Source: Pocillopora damicornis (lineage: Eukaryota). From it: a stretch of DNA of 64,000 bases. The position numbers and the translations under genes were made by a program. Positions 1-13,600 of this stretch are shown in pieces (the stretch's first letter is position 1; each line of letters starts with the position of its first letter). A model generated the notes under the pieces. That model ran no database searches. It was not told where the DNA came from and saw only the letters and a list, made by a program, of their open reading frames with translations. The DNA lies in the NCBI RefSeq assembly GCF_003704095.1, contig NW_020845874.1, positions 124,001 to 188,000 on the forward strand, written 5' to 3'.

Positions 1-670
1 GTTTGCTATAAAGGATTGGAAAAAACAAATTTGATTGAATCATGAAAAATCTACGGTGAAACCCTTTGATGTGTCATATGAGGGCTTCATTTTAGTTCCG
101 TGGCTGCTTAGGAGCAATAGTCTCTGACTTTCGAACTTTTTAAAAAAATCGCAGCCACCTAACCTTACCGATTTGGCTGAAATTTGGTATGAAGGCTAAT
201 TTAGGGTCCTGACCACGAAATAGGTATTAAAAAGTTCCATTTGTTTTTGCTTGGTAAAAAATCGATAAAGCCGACCACGTCCGCCCATCCTTGCCCACCA
301 ATATGGCCTATCGAAGGTGTTCTTATGACTTCGACTTTAGCCCTCTCGCATAGATTTCCTAAAATCTCTTGAAATAAACAAAAAGATCTACCCTTGTTCT
401 TAACATTTATTAGAAAAAATGTGGGAGATAGCAGATTTTGATTACAGGTTATCTCAACGTTCGAAGGTCGTTTTGGGCTGCCTTGAACAGTAAAAAATTT
501 ACCCTAACTTGTTAGCCTGATATCTCTAATGTTACCTCGATCCAGAAGTTGCCATTTATTTGGAACAATGTTTGTTTATGGACAATTTGATTCCATTAAT
601 AAAAAAATGGGGGAGATTTAAAGGTCAAAGGAGAAAAGTTATTTATCTATGTTGACTCACCTATATTTGG

Positions 671-745
671 GACCGGCAGCTTGCCGGTCAGAAGTCGGTC
701 CAAGTACTTACTTATCCAAGTACTTACCGGTCCAAGTACTTATTT
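671..745. repeat. Short hairpin GACCGGCA-gct-TGCCGGTC followed by three copies of (GG)TCCAAGTACTTA; probable end of an interspersed repeat
   Basis: Inverted repeat at 671-678/682-689 and a short tandem repeat at about 697-745, both read directly. Confidence 0.4.
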
Positions 746-2272
746 CGTCCAGAATGAAAGCAAATTCCAGAAGTTTTTCTAATATTACGGAAGTATCTGT
801 TGATTTTGGGCAAAAGCAAATATGTCTGGGCGGCATTGTTGCAATGGGATAAATATTTGGTTACCAAATGAATGTAAATAATCGATCCGGTATTAACGCT
901 AGGAAGGGTTGATTTTGCATACCGTTTTGAGAACGAAAAATTTCGAAAAAGAAAAGATTCTTGTGAATTTAAACCTAGCCTGTAAGCTACAATTGCAGTT
1001 GATCCTCCTTGTCACGCCAACGGTTTAGATATTCTTCGTTAGATATTACGTAAATTACATCATGTTTTTGAGTGGGTCTTAATTTCGTTTTTCGAGTGTT
1101 TTAATGTTCTTATCAGTATAAAGGAAACCCAACCTTTCGGGATACTTCCTTTCCTTCCTTTTTTTCATCAGCGGTGAGCATGAAGCGCCCTCATTAAGCG
1201 CGCAATCGCTAATTGAGTTTGCTCTAAAATCTATTTTGCTTTGAGAGGCTCTTCGTGAAGGATATTTTTTAAATTCTTTCGATGGCTTTAAACAAGTTCT
1301 ACACCTAATCTATGTGAAAAACGAAACTATGAATTCGAATTGAATCCTTGTTCATCACTGAACTGTCGTTTGTAGCGAAAACGGAAATTAAGACCCACGA
1401 CCTAAGAAACCATATTTTACTTATTTTTTGATGGCGATAAGAGAGGTACGGAAGCCGAGAGGGACAATCCAAAAATGTTTTGTAAATCCAAGAAAATATT
1501 CAGAATCGATATCTTTTAGACAAATCGCTTTTGAAAAGTTTGTCAAATGGACAAAACAAATTCAAATCCGTGACTTTCCACTCATTAACCGAGCTTTAAA
1601 ACTCTAGACCTTGCAGACCTTGCAGACCTTTACTTCTTTAACCCTCTAAAAAGACTTACACTTCCGGTTCAAATTCCCCACCCCACCCATGTAAGGTTCA
1701 AATTTCCCATTCCCCAGGCATGGACGACAATAAAATACCCGTGAGTTGCCAGAGTTTTCTTTTTTCAAAAAAGAAAAATGAACTTGGGTAGGGCATTTGA
1801 ACATAATTTTGGCCCCGTCGGTTGGAATTTGAAGAACTAATTTTCAAGAGTTCAATTTCCACGCATGAGATTTGTCTCAGTCCCTACTCTAGCCCACAGT
1901 AATTGAGTTTCGCTTCTCAAAGACGCATCAACGACGTTTAAGCCCCATAAATGAGGCTTTATGTCTCGAGTACATTGTAAAAGGGATATGCACTCGCTCG
2001 ACTGCATGGTATGTCCGAAACTATCCTCAGCAACTCCAGAAACTGCTCTTGACCAACATTAATCTAGAGCATTCTCTTTACGCAAAGAACTGAAAAATTA
2101 ACTGAAGTAAAAAGCCAAACTTATCTTAGCGCTACCGTAAGAGAGGTTTTCCATGTTTCTGCATGGCCTGTGCCCGGCACGGCGCAGTGAAAAAAAATCC
2201 CTTCGATTAAACCAAAATTCAACGCTATCAACTGTGGTCTTGTTGATCATCTTCATTTGGCTTGACTTGTAG

Positions 2273-3942
2273 GTCTCACTTCCCAGTGTGGCGTAGACAT
2301 CCTTAACATTCATTTGAAAGAGGACCAACAACTCAAGGCTCGTCTCGAGGAATTGATAACTGGTTCGGATGTTAATGGGAACTTTTTACAAAATCTACTA
2401 GTGCAGGCAATAATAGGGGAGCTACTTTCCGCCGTGGGGGAAGTTAAGAAGTTGAAAAGTCAAGTTGATGAAGAAAGGGCGAAGAATGCAAACCTGCTCA
2501 ACGAGATAAAAAAACTGTCACAGATTTTTGAAGAGGAACAATGCAAGTCCACGAAATTATCAGAAACGATATCCCTGCTGCAAGGCAATTGTAAGACAGT
2601 TGAACACCTCACCATTCGGAATCGTGAGCTAGAGATGGAGAGAGACCAAACTGTTTCTGAGCTACCTCAACTGAAGAGTTGGGATGAAGTGTTGAAGGCC
2701 TTTTACGAAATCGAGGAAAAAAGCAAACAACAGTACCAAGAGAGGTACGAATCGAACACCGCGGAAATAAGTGCGTTGAGAGAACGACTCATTCGAGTAG
2801 AGGAAGATTTAAAGTGTTTAAAGATGGGAAGAAAAAATTCCCTGAACTCGTCCAATTTGGTGAGCTATTTCAATGTAATTTTTAATTCCTATTTGTGTTA
2901 GGATATGTCAGTGTTCTCTCTCACTTTAAGCACGACAGGTAAAAAAATTTTTAAAACCGTTAGGGCAATACTTTTATCTATTGCATTTTCACAAATTCCA
3001 AGAGATATTAGGCGGTAATAAGCAGTATAACAGGCAGTAAAATTTACCGGTTACCGCCTGAAAAGGAGAATACTGAATAGACGGCCAAGTCGTTAGTCTA
3101 CCCGCGTGAACTTACATCCCATCCAGGGGAGAGTAGCAATATTCTTATTCTCTTCGCGCTATGGAGAGCGGCAAAAAAACTTTTGCCAGTAAAAAATGTT
3201 GCCAGAAAGGTCTTACGACTTAACCGTACACATTTTCTCCTTAATTTGTGGATCGGAGGCGTGAAGTTTTGGTCGTAAGAGTCTTGGCCTGCTCTTGTTG
3301 TGTCCGAGATACTTCTGTTTCTTTTAAAAACTCTCACAGCCAGTGACCCCGGTTGAAAACATCAGCGAAGAGCATTTATTCATTTATCAGTTCATTTATG
3401 CTGAAAATGTTTTCTACCTTAATAATTTACGTAGCTTACCGGCACCGTTTAGACGACTATAAATATATGAGTGTAGATAGAGCTTTAATTTCTGTGGTTC
3501 TAATGACCATAAGCTTGAAAGATATCGAGATTCAGACGGTTTGAAAAGGCCATCAACGTGACTCGACTTTTTGAAACTTTCTTCTCAGGTAAACGAATCA
3601 GATGGACACGAATGGAAAGAATGGCTGTCCCGCATACCTTATGAGGTCTTAGTTGCCATGGCATGTTGTCCCTCAGACCAAGGTTCAGTCGATGATCGTA
3701 TCTCATCTTCTAACATATCAAATTTTGGCATACCGCCTTCGTCCCCAGCCGAATATGACCATCAGTGGAAACAATCACAGAAAGAAGTTATCTATGGTCA
3801 GTGGAAAAAAGAAAACGAAACCCCCGATGGATGTTACGTCATTGATGACAGCATTAAACCACAGCCTCGTCCCCGAGCGGATGCCCTTGATAGGTCCAGG
3901 ACCTCTCGATACAAATTCCGGGCGTTACGTAGAATTCCTTAG
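2273..3942 (+). CDS. Orphan coiled-coil protein, at least 2 exons (2273-2859, 3589-3942); 5' end unresolved
   Basis: The open frame 2273-2859 follows a TTGTAG acceptor and encodes heptad-rich sequence (EVKKLKSQVDEERAKNANLLNEIKKL...ISALRERLIRVEEDLKCLK). It ends at donor TTG|GTGAGC (phase 0) and joins in frame to acceptor CTTCTCAG|GTAAAC at 3589, running to TAG at 3942. No in-frame ATG-bearing upstream exon was identified. Confidence 0.55.
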
Positions 3943-4608
3943 ATAGGAACAACCTGTAGAGAGAAACAAATGCTGACATATGTACTAAACCCTTGGTTAG
4001 ACCTTCAAGATGAAAGTAGAAGACGTGGCGGCCTGATGTCGATGAACTAACATCTTATTCAGGGGGAATCTCCTGGTTGCGTAATGCTGTGAAAATCGAG
4101 GTACACCACAGCAGTGATGGAAAACTTGTACATACTTTGCCCAGAACTAGTTGAAGACGGGAGCTCAAAGAGACGGCTTCTTAGGATTGAAAGAACCCCT
4201 TTGGAGCGATGATCGTTTTTAATCATACGGTTACGGAAGAAAGTTAGCTGTTCAATTTGTTCACCCATTCCTTTCAAAGCAAGCCTTTTCTCAAAGATTA
4301 GGATAAAAGTGCTGAATGTTATCTGTAATATAAAGTTAGTTAACTTTCAGCGGAAACTTCTCCTGAAGTAGATTTGTCTCACGATGTTGTTACTCCCTCT
4401 GAGTATCACTAGGTTTCTGGATACGAGTCACCTAATGAACCATTACGTTCGGCTGATTGGCTAGTATTCAATGGTTGTAACTGGCGCATCTCAAATATGG
4501 AGAAAATTATAGGCAAATATTCCAATTCGAGTGCTTCCTTGTTTACCATTGTAAATATGAAGTAGTACAGTAAATAACAGTAAGTTAACTCCAAGTATCT
4601 TTTCTTAA

Positions 4609-5210
4609 TTAAGGAGGCTCCATAGGGTTTTTTGACCGCGCGAGATCTAGGTACGAACATAGAGCGAGCTTTAAAAGTGACGGCTCGATACGATCGCACG
4701 ATTGTTTTCTGAAAAGGTATGTTAAAAAAAGTTAACTTAATACAGTTTTTATGTGATGGAATCTAGGGTTTCCGGCAACTGCACTCGTAACATTCATAGT
4801 CCTCCTACGCCTGAAAAAGAGGTCAACCGAAAAGAAAATATCGCGGGAAAGATTGCCAGAAGGCGACAGATTGGAAAGTGTATGCATGACAAAGAAAATA
4901 GGGATCTTTCGAGCAAGATTTATCGGGTTTCCTTCGATGGAATTTCCTGATTTACTGTACTGTTAAAGATATTTTTAGCCTTCCTAGTGCCTGTTGATAA
5001 AAACTGAATTCATGAGACCGAATTTGAGACAGAGGAAGAAAACATAAAACTGCAAATACTGAGGAAAATGCCTATGTAACCCCTATTTTTCTCGGCTTTT
5101 AAATGATCGGCAAGAAAAATTTCACAAATTGTGAAACTTTTGAGAGATTTCACCGGAGAAAATTGAAGAAAATCAAAGGCAAAGTCAAATTTTCGCTGGC
5201 GAGCGCCTCC
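4609..5210. mobile_element. Non-autonomous DNA transposon remnant, Kolobok-like (TTAA-GGAGGCTC ... GAGCGCCTCC)
   Basis: Left end TTAA|GGAGGCTC at 4609-4620. Right end GAGCGCCTCC at 5201-5210 is an imperfect inverted copy. The right-hand TTAA is not preserved. Confidence 0.4.
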
Positions 5211-7696
5211 CTTCGTGGGGCCCTAGCTTAAGAACAAAAATCATTTTGTTAGTATTGACTACAGTAAACGATGGTCCGAGCCTTGCTCATCACCTTCTGA
5301 TGACTTGGTGACCAAGAAAAGAGCAAAAACCCTATGGAGACTTCTTAAATGGAGTGACTGTTTAGAACTTACTTTCTTTGAAAACTGTAGAAAGCTTAGA
5401 CCAAAGCCACATTACAGCTTAGAAATCTTTTAAATTATATGTTGTAAACGATAACAATAAATTGTGTTGAACGCTTGTAACTGTTTCCTGGTCTAATCAA
5501 CTCATAAAAGGCACCTTAAAACAGGAACAGAAAACTTTGTCTCTCTTGCTTCCTGTGTCTGTAGTTGATGAAACCAATCCTTTTAAAAGTCGTGCACGTA
5601 ATGTGCATTTGTTTGAGGGATTACTACATCAAAATTTAGATAGTGCCCTGCTGCTGCTGTGCGTGAGATACATATATCTTATTGGACGTTTTAGTATGTA
5701 GTGTCGCGGAGTATTTTACGAGTTGTGCCATATTTCGACGAACCCACAGGACGAGTCCGCATACAAACAATAGAGGTTAACATCCAAGTTTAGTGTGTTA
5801 AACACACTAAAAGTCAAACCGTAGTTGAAAGTTTGAGGCAAGAAGTTTCGAGATTTTCAGCTTTTTAGATCGTCATCGGCTTTTACCTGAAATAATCATC
5901 GTGTTCGCCGCCATCTTGAATTAATAAATCAAACACTTAATAACTCATTAATAGACCCTTTACCTCTCGAACAAGAGTTGACGCTCCTACTAAACCAATA
6001 AGCGACTGAACAGAAGTCTTTTTCACCTTTATCTCAGTTTACCACCTAGCAATGCCATCTCTCCCCCCCCCCCCAAAAAAAACATCTTTACCATTCCTTT
6101 AACATCTTTACATAACCAGTAAGTGATGAATCAGGTGTGAGAACGGCAGTAGCATTATCAAAAGAGCAACACGAGTAACAAAGTAACCATCGTGGTACTT
6201 TTATTTAGCGTCAGGCATTATTTCGGCAGCTACACGCCTAGTACTTGAGTTTGATAAATGTTCATCGTTCTTCTTTCTTTTCGTCCCTTCTTTTTCTTAT
6301 AAAAAAAATCCTAGATGTATACAGGCAGGCTCTTCTTACATGTAAAAGCTTGCTTTAGTAATCACAATTACTGCTAGAGTAAAATACCTCACAACTTTGG
6401 ATCATATAGTACAATCCCCATTATCCTAATCTTTACTTAAAACTGTCTTACTTCCGCAAACAATAGCCATCTTAACTAAAAGATACGCTTTTACGATCGA
6501 AAAAAAAATTAATGATACCTACATTACTTTTACACTTACAAGCCACCAAGGATCGAGAACACGGCAGAGAGTTTACCGTTCTGTGATTTTTAATGTTACC
6601 TACTACCTAAAAAAAATTAATCATATGGCAATAATATTTAATCGTACATCCTCCAAGAAAAAAATTATTTTAATAGTAGGAAAGGAATATAAGCACAACT
6701 AACAACTACGCATGCAAGTGTGGGTTTTAAAGAAAACTTTAAAATAGCTTTTTTGGGCCAGATAATAGCTGCTTTACCATCATTCAGTAGAGCTTTCTCC
6801 TTCAATTAGAATATTGTAATGAGCGCAAAAATTCTAGCTCAATGCAAACTTGATTGCAATTGTAATTCTGAAGTGATAGAGTGAGGAAAGTACATCTGCA
6901 TAAATGGAGTAACTCTCGCCTGTGGTTGATCCTCAAGTCAAGGACTACCGCAAACACTCTTATAAGTCCTTGGAGCATATCAATTTCCAGGGACCCTCTG
7001 NNNNNNNNNNNNNNNNNNNNNNNNNNNNNNNNNNNNNNNNNNNNNNNNNNNNNNNNNNNNNNNNNNNNNNNNNNNNNNNNNNNNNNNNNNNNNNNNNNNN
7101 NNNNNNNNNNNNNNNNNNNNNNNNNNNNNNNNNNNNNNNNNNNNNNNNNNNNNNNNNNNNNNNNNNNNNNNNNNNNNNNNNNNNNNNNNNNNNNNNNNNN
7201 NNNNNNNNNNNNNNNNNNNNNNNNNNNNNNNNNNNNACAACTAAATCAGGCGGACTGTTTTGTGTTACAAGCTCGCAATTATTAAGAAAGCGCAGGCTAA
7301 ATGATCATACCTTGCTTGTTCGGCTGATAATTTTTCCTTCTTTACTCAACTGAGGAAATGGCAACATGCCACAACTAAAACTGAAGACTTAACCAACCAC
7401 AGCACAGGAAAAGAAGTCGCCCTCACCCTCGCTCTGATTGGCTAAGGAACACTACAGGAGATTCACGGGGTTTATAAGAAAGTGTTACGTCAAAAACTAA
7501 ATTACAGTCTTAAGTCAATGGTAAAGCTCTCTTACAACACATGTATATTACAACACATGTAAGGCATCAGAAGATAATGAAGTAGATGGGCTGATCAAAA
7601 TGATCTCCCCAATGGTTCACAAAAAGACTGGTTTACTCCAGATGCACTGTATTATGACAGATGCACCGTGCGAATCTCTCTACCTGGAAAACAGGT

Positions 7697-10600
7697 TTAA
7701 AACTGATCTACCAATAACTCTACTAGAGTTGTGGCTACATGTGGTCTTGAGCTTCTTATTGTCAGTCTAAACATCTGAAAAGGAAAGCAATCACTCTGTT
7801 AAAAGGTTAAATTTCCACATCGCAACTCTTGAAGATAATTTTCAGCCATGCTATAACCCCCTTAGCAGATAATTATACTTTTGACACTTTCAAACTTTTA
7901 AAAGAAAATTTAACAAGAGTTCTGCTTACTTGAGCTTGTCTATTAGGTTCTAGTCGAAGCAGTGTTCCTATTTGAACGGTTGATCCTTTAATTATACCGG
8001 CACACACAAAGTTCTCCGGATTAGGGTCTACATTCTGAAGTAGGGAAACTCCAAAGCCAACGAGCTGAAAGACACCAGACAAAAAGTTATCACATAAAGA
8101 AACTACTGATATAGGAATTACATGATGATGCTGACAGAAATTGTGTAAGCAACGAAACTCGTTTTGAAGGTGTTCTCTGATCGTCCGGGTGAGGCTAATC
8201 CTGAAAAGCACTGTTGTAAGTGGTAGTAACTGTAGTTTAAACAACCTGAATGAAATTCCCTTCCGCAGGCTCCAACCGATCAGAGTATAGAATATATCTG
8301 TTTAAACCAATAAGTTAAGGTAACGTCTGGACTCGAGCCCATTGGTCCACCCAGCCGGATCTTATCCCAGTTTCCGAGGGGCATGAAGAAACTAGGAGTA
8401 TTGCNNNNNNNNNNNNNNNNCTCCCGTTGCGTTCTTGCTTTCCCTCTACTTTCGTTAAATGCAAGTTTGAATGTTCCTTCTCCATCATTCTACTTGTCTC
8501 CTGTCTCCACTAGTTATATATTGTGGCCTGTCTTCCTGTCGCCCTGTTCACTGTCACTCAAATTCACACAGGATTCCTTTTTCATACAATTTGCAGATGC
8601 TCAATGATGCTAGTGTTTGCCCCAGTGAGTCGTTTAAGTTTTGCAACAGCTTCAAGGGAACTACGCTGACTGAGGGTGGCATACTGATTACTAACCTTTG
8701 TCTTAATTGTCTCTGTATCAATTGGAAACTTAGCCTTAAAAATCTGCTGGCACTCTTGATCCGGGCTGAAACATGAAATGACGAATAAGAACTTAAACTA
8801 GGTCAGAAAACAATACTACAGGAATACCTGTGAATATCACTAATACATGAGGCCATTTTACATGCAATTAAGCCGGAAAAAGTAAGGCTTCCACGGGACT
8901 CGAGCCTGTGCCTTGTAGATACCGGCTTAGAATCAGTTATTCAGATGCTGCTTCGTAGATCATTCAGTAGAAGCGCTGACCCTGTACTTAGAAGGCATGT
9001 GATCTACCTGTAAAGAACATCACTCCGCTTTCAAATGAAGCACTCTAAGGCAGTGGGGTACCACCATTAAGGGGATTTTTCCACTCGAGAGCCAAAAACG
9101 TTTAGGGAACTTTTTAGGGAAACATCCTTCAGTCCTGGGGGTGTCCGCTGAAAGGAGCTCCCGCTGAGTTATTGTGTAGTTTAGCTTTAATGAAAGACAA
9201 CTGATACGTTAAGACTTTACATTCCACCCATTTTTTTTTTGCATTCCTAATTCAAGCGAAGATCCATAACTACAACAAATCTACTTACTTTCCCAATTGT
9301 TTCCATCTGGAAAAGAAGTCTTGCGAGTTCATATCTGTCGGCGCGAAGAATTTGGAAGGAAACAGTGGGACTGGAAGGACAATTCTTTGGCTCGTGCCGT
9401 TCACACTAAAAAGAGAAAGGCAAAAAGGAAATGGTTTATTCCAAAAATAGTACGAAAAGTATTTGTACGTTTTCCTATTAGTTAAGTGAGGCACTCCAAT
9501 GTATTTCGGCTGACAAATAGACTTCATCCAGAAATGGTTGGCCTAATTGCTTAACTGGCCTCGACAGTATGTGTGAAAACGATAGAATTTTCGCCCAAAA
9601 CAAGGCCAAAAGGGCTGATTAGCATGCACAGAAAAGAATAGTAATCATACCCTTCATTAAGAAAGGGGTACAAAATACGGCAGAAAAAAAAAACCGAAAA
9701 GATCAGTGAAATACATGACTTGTAATCTGTGTTGTTAATTCCCAGTCTCAACCTTCCTATTTTGCCTTTGACCCATTCTTATCTCTTGGGCGTTTGTCAT
9801 TTGAGCCATTTTCAATAAAGAGCCGGAACCCATCCGGGATTGCACTTTTTACCACAAGTGGCTGTAATGGCGCAATCTGATTGGCCAATTTGCCGTTGTC
9901 ACTAAGAGTACCAACAACACTGTTCGCGTCAACGTGTCACGCAATGGTCACGCACTAAAAAGAATCGTTTTATTTGACGTCGATACTGTGACAAAAGCCT
10001 CAATACTGCGCCTCGTGAGTCCATAACATTTTAACCACTGCGATGGCGAATATAGTTGTCGATAACGACACAGACCGCGCTAAACCACTGTCGATTTGTT
10101 ACAGTTTTCTTTTGCTTCGCTTAGTGATTGTTCTTGGAAACATTTGCTAGTTTCTCGACCAATCAGATTCAAAACTGTCTTGCGCGATACTTAAATTGAG
10201 TAGTGTAAATCAATAGGTTAACCTCGAAACCTTTACAAGTAAACGTAGTAAAGAAACATACCCGAATTGAAGATCTATGAGTGGATGGTCTTTGAATTCT
10301 GAGATACATTCTACATTTATCATCTGTTTGACTTGTGCTCCGCCCTCCACAATGTTTGGAGGAGAATTGGTGTCAACTTTGATGTGTGAACAAAGTCAAG
10401 GATGCAAACTAAACGTATGAAAGGTCCCTGTGCGTCTGATAATTCTTCAGAAATAAACTGAGTCATTAAAATGTTAAGTGGAATGGGGAAAGAAGATTTT
10501 AACTCAAGTTTCGCTCTAGAAATGGATTCTCAAGATTTGTAGACAAATCTTAACCACAGGACACCAAGCCAGCATAAAGTATACAAGTCTACCAAGTCTG

Positions 10601-13600
10601 CCGGAGTTTCGCGTGGTATCATTATCACAACGTTAAAAAAAGGACTACATCTCCTGCCAGACACAGGGCTAATGCTTTGCAATCCACCACAATAAATGTT
10701 AATGGGCAAATGGCAAACGGGGAGAAAAGAAACTTTTCCCTCTCGTCTTTCAGCCGTTTGTAGACTTAACCCAAAACATTTGCTTTAAATTTGGACAAAT
10801 AAGTATTTTCTAATTTTCTACAGACTTGATCTAAGGATTATTGGCAAGATGAGAAAAATCAGCTCATTTTTTGCCGTTTCCTGTTACCGTTGCTGTGAAT
10901 GTTTTGCTTAAACTCAACAACAACATGAGCGCCTTTGACTGAAAGGATATGAGTATTAAGATCTCCCGGCAAGTGGACCATGGAAGAAAATGAAACAAAC
11001 TGGGATGAGGTCTTGTTGCCATAGAACACACCAAGAGCCCCTGAAGAAACAACAACACGTTAGCATTAAGAAAAAAAAGACAGGAAAAAAACATAGAATA
11101 GACAAATAACGACGCATATGAAAATCAAAATAAATTATTGGTACTAATAACATTGACCTGTGGTTCTGTGACCGATTTTGGACCGATGGAAAACCAAGCA
11201 TTTGAACAGCAGAGGTTTTCTATATTGAGATAAAAGCTACTTACCTTTATCGTCTTTGAATTCCGATTTGATACCAACTTGTAGGATGTCAGTTTCAAAA
11301 AGAACCCCAGTGTTTTTACACACAAATCTGTTAAAAAAAATGTGGGAAATCTTAGTAAGTCTTGTTTAATCATCTTTAGAGGACTGCAACAAGTCATTAG
11401 TGTTTTTTACACACATCTCATAGACTCTTGGACTACCAAGATCACCTCTTCACTGTCTACAACATGCTTCTGATAATGTTACATAATTCATCCCAAAAGT
11501 TGTTTGATAATGCAAAGAGCACATATCAAAAAATTAAATATGTGAAGTACAACTTCAAATAACGGCCACCTCCCTTGTACGACCTGTAAACGAATAGTTG
11601 ATCAAAGATCTAAACAGTATCGCATTTGTTATTGCTGAAGTTCAGCAATAAAATTTTCATTTCAGAGCTACTTTTCATTTCCTGCTTTACTGATATATCT
11701 TCATTGGACTGCACATTTATGAGCTACAATAAACATTTTATAACAAAAGGAAATATAGCCTCGAATACCGGGTCTCTTGTTACACCGATACCTTTCCATA
11801 ACAGTCACCCTCTACAATAGCTATTTTTCGCTCTCCCCAACGTGGCCGTTGTGGAGAGGATTTAAGATTATACAAAAACTAACTTCTTGAGATTTTCCTC
11901 TGCCCCTGGGGTTATGGATGGAGCACTCCCTGCCATGGGGGCTGGAGGCATCTCAAACACGTCTACAAGAAGGCCACCTCCTCCTGTCTCGGGAGGTCCA
12001 AAGTTATTTGTCAAAGGCTTTGAAACTATTGTCTCTGTACCCAGCAGGTCTGAAACAAAATACTTTGGTAAGTGCCAAAACTTAAACTTTAAAAAAATGT
12101 TTCAGCAGTGGAATGACAGCCTATTGGTCACTGGTAATAAGAAGCGAGTTACAACGTTAAAGAAGGTTAGCGGAGTGCTTGAGCATGAGTGTTTTGACAG
12201 CAGTGAAAGGCATAGAAATTTAATAGAACTTAATAACATGTTACCTGGTTGTAGGGCTGGATTGGGGGCAGGAGCCTGCAATAAAAAAATCTTCCTATTA
12301 TTCCTTGCTATTAATTTAACCCTTTAACCCCTAAGAGTGTCTAACATCTATAATTTCTATAATTTCTCCTTAAAATATCACCCCTGAATCAACCATTTGG
12401 GTCATGAGAATAGAGGAAATGATCATCAACTACAGCAGCTCTTGATTATTAAACAAATTCTCTTTACCAGCACCTTGGTAAATGTATAGTTAACAGTATG
12501 GAGCATATAGATAGTGATACTAGAAGGTAAAGGGTTAAGACAAGAAAGGTCAGGCAGTTTTTATAAATCAAAGTGATAATAAATTATAACACAGTGTCTT
12601 TCTAAACAAAATTTGTATACACAAAAAGCGTACAACAACTCAGAAGGCAACTACAATTGTAGTCTGTCTCTTGGCATCTACTTCATGGGATGATATCTCA
12701 GTGTACCTAAAATTCATACCTGTCAACAGCTTGCCCAATCAAATAAAGCATGATTTACTGTCTGAACAGCATGCTAACCATGATGAAATATCAACTTAAA
12801 TTTTCTTATGGAATGTAAATTGCTCTTATCTTCTTTTTAAATTACATTGTGTCAAACCTCCTTTTTTTCCTTTTTTTTCAGAATTACTTTCCACAATAAT
12901 CATGGACTTTTACAATATTCAAACAGTGTACTACCTCGTTAATAGTAACAGGAACCTGGCCATTAGCAGTTGGTTTTTCCACTGGTTCAGTCTTCTCTTC
13001 TTTCTCAATGATTCCTGTTTTCTCCTGCTTCTTTTTCTTCAGTTTTGCTAAGATGGAAGACTCACGTTCTGGGAATGGTGGCATCTCTTCAAGAACAGTA
13101 GCCTATGAGGAGAAAATGAAGGGACAATTCTGTGACAAAGTGAGAAGAGTTTTCCAGATTTAAGGCTGAAATGGGATGGGTAACATTTAACTATATATAT
13201 GATCTTGGAGCGGCATCTTGTGAAATTTCGTGTTTATTCTATAATCATACTCTTTATAGCTTTTACCATACATTTTTTCAACCAACAGTAACCAAGGGAA
13301 CTCAAACAAACTAGTTTCACTGTATTCACACTGATGTGTTCTTAATGATAGATCATCTCTTTAATTCACAACTTTTAACTCAGCCAATACAGGACCAGCA
13401 AAAAAAGTCCTATTACCACCAACATTCAATGAAAATGTAACAAATAAGGTAGAAACACTCCACTATGATCTTTACAAAAGCTCAAAATGTTAACCTTACC
13501 AAAACATCTGGAGATGCAACAGTACTAAGCTTTAAGTACTCCAAAGCTCTCTGCTGGATCTCAGCATCAGAATTTTTGAGGTTATTATCACTACGCAAAA

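Noticed and set aside
6881-7353. ORFs spanning N runs (also 30070-30542 and 41988-42293)
   Set aside because: Open only because the gaps contain no stop codons.
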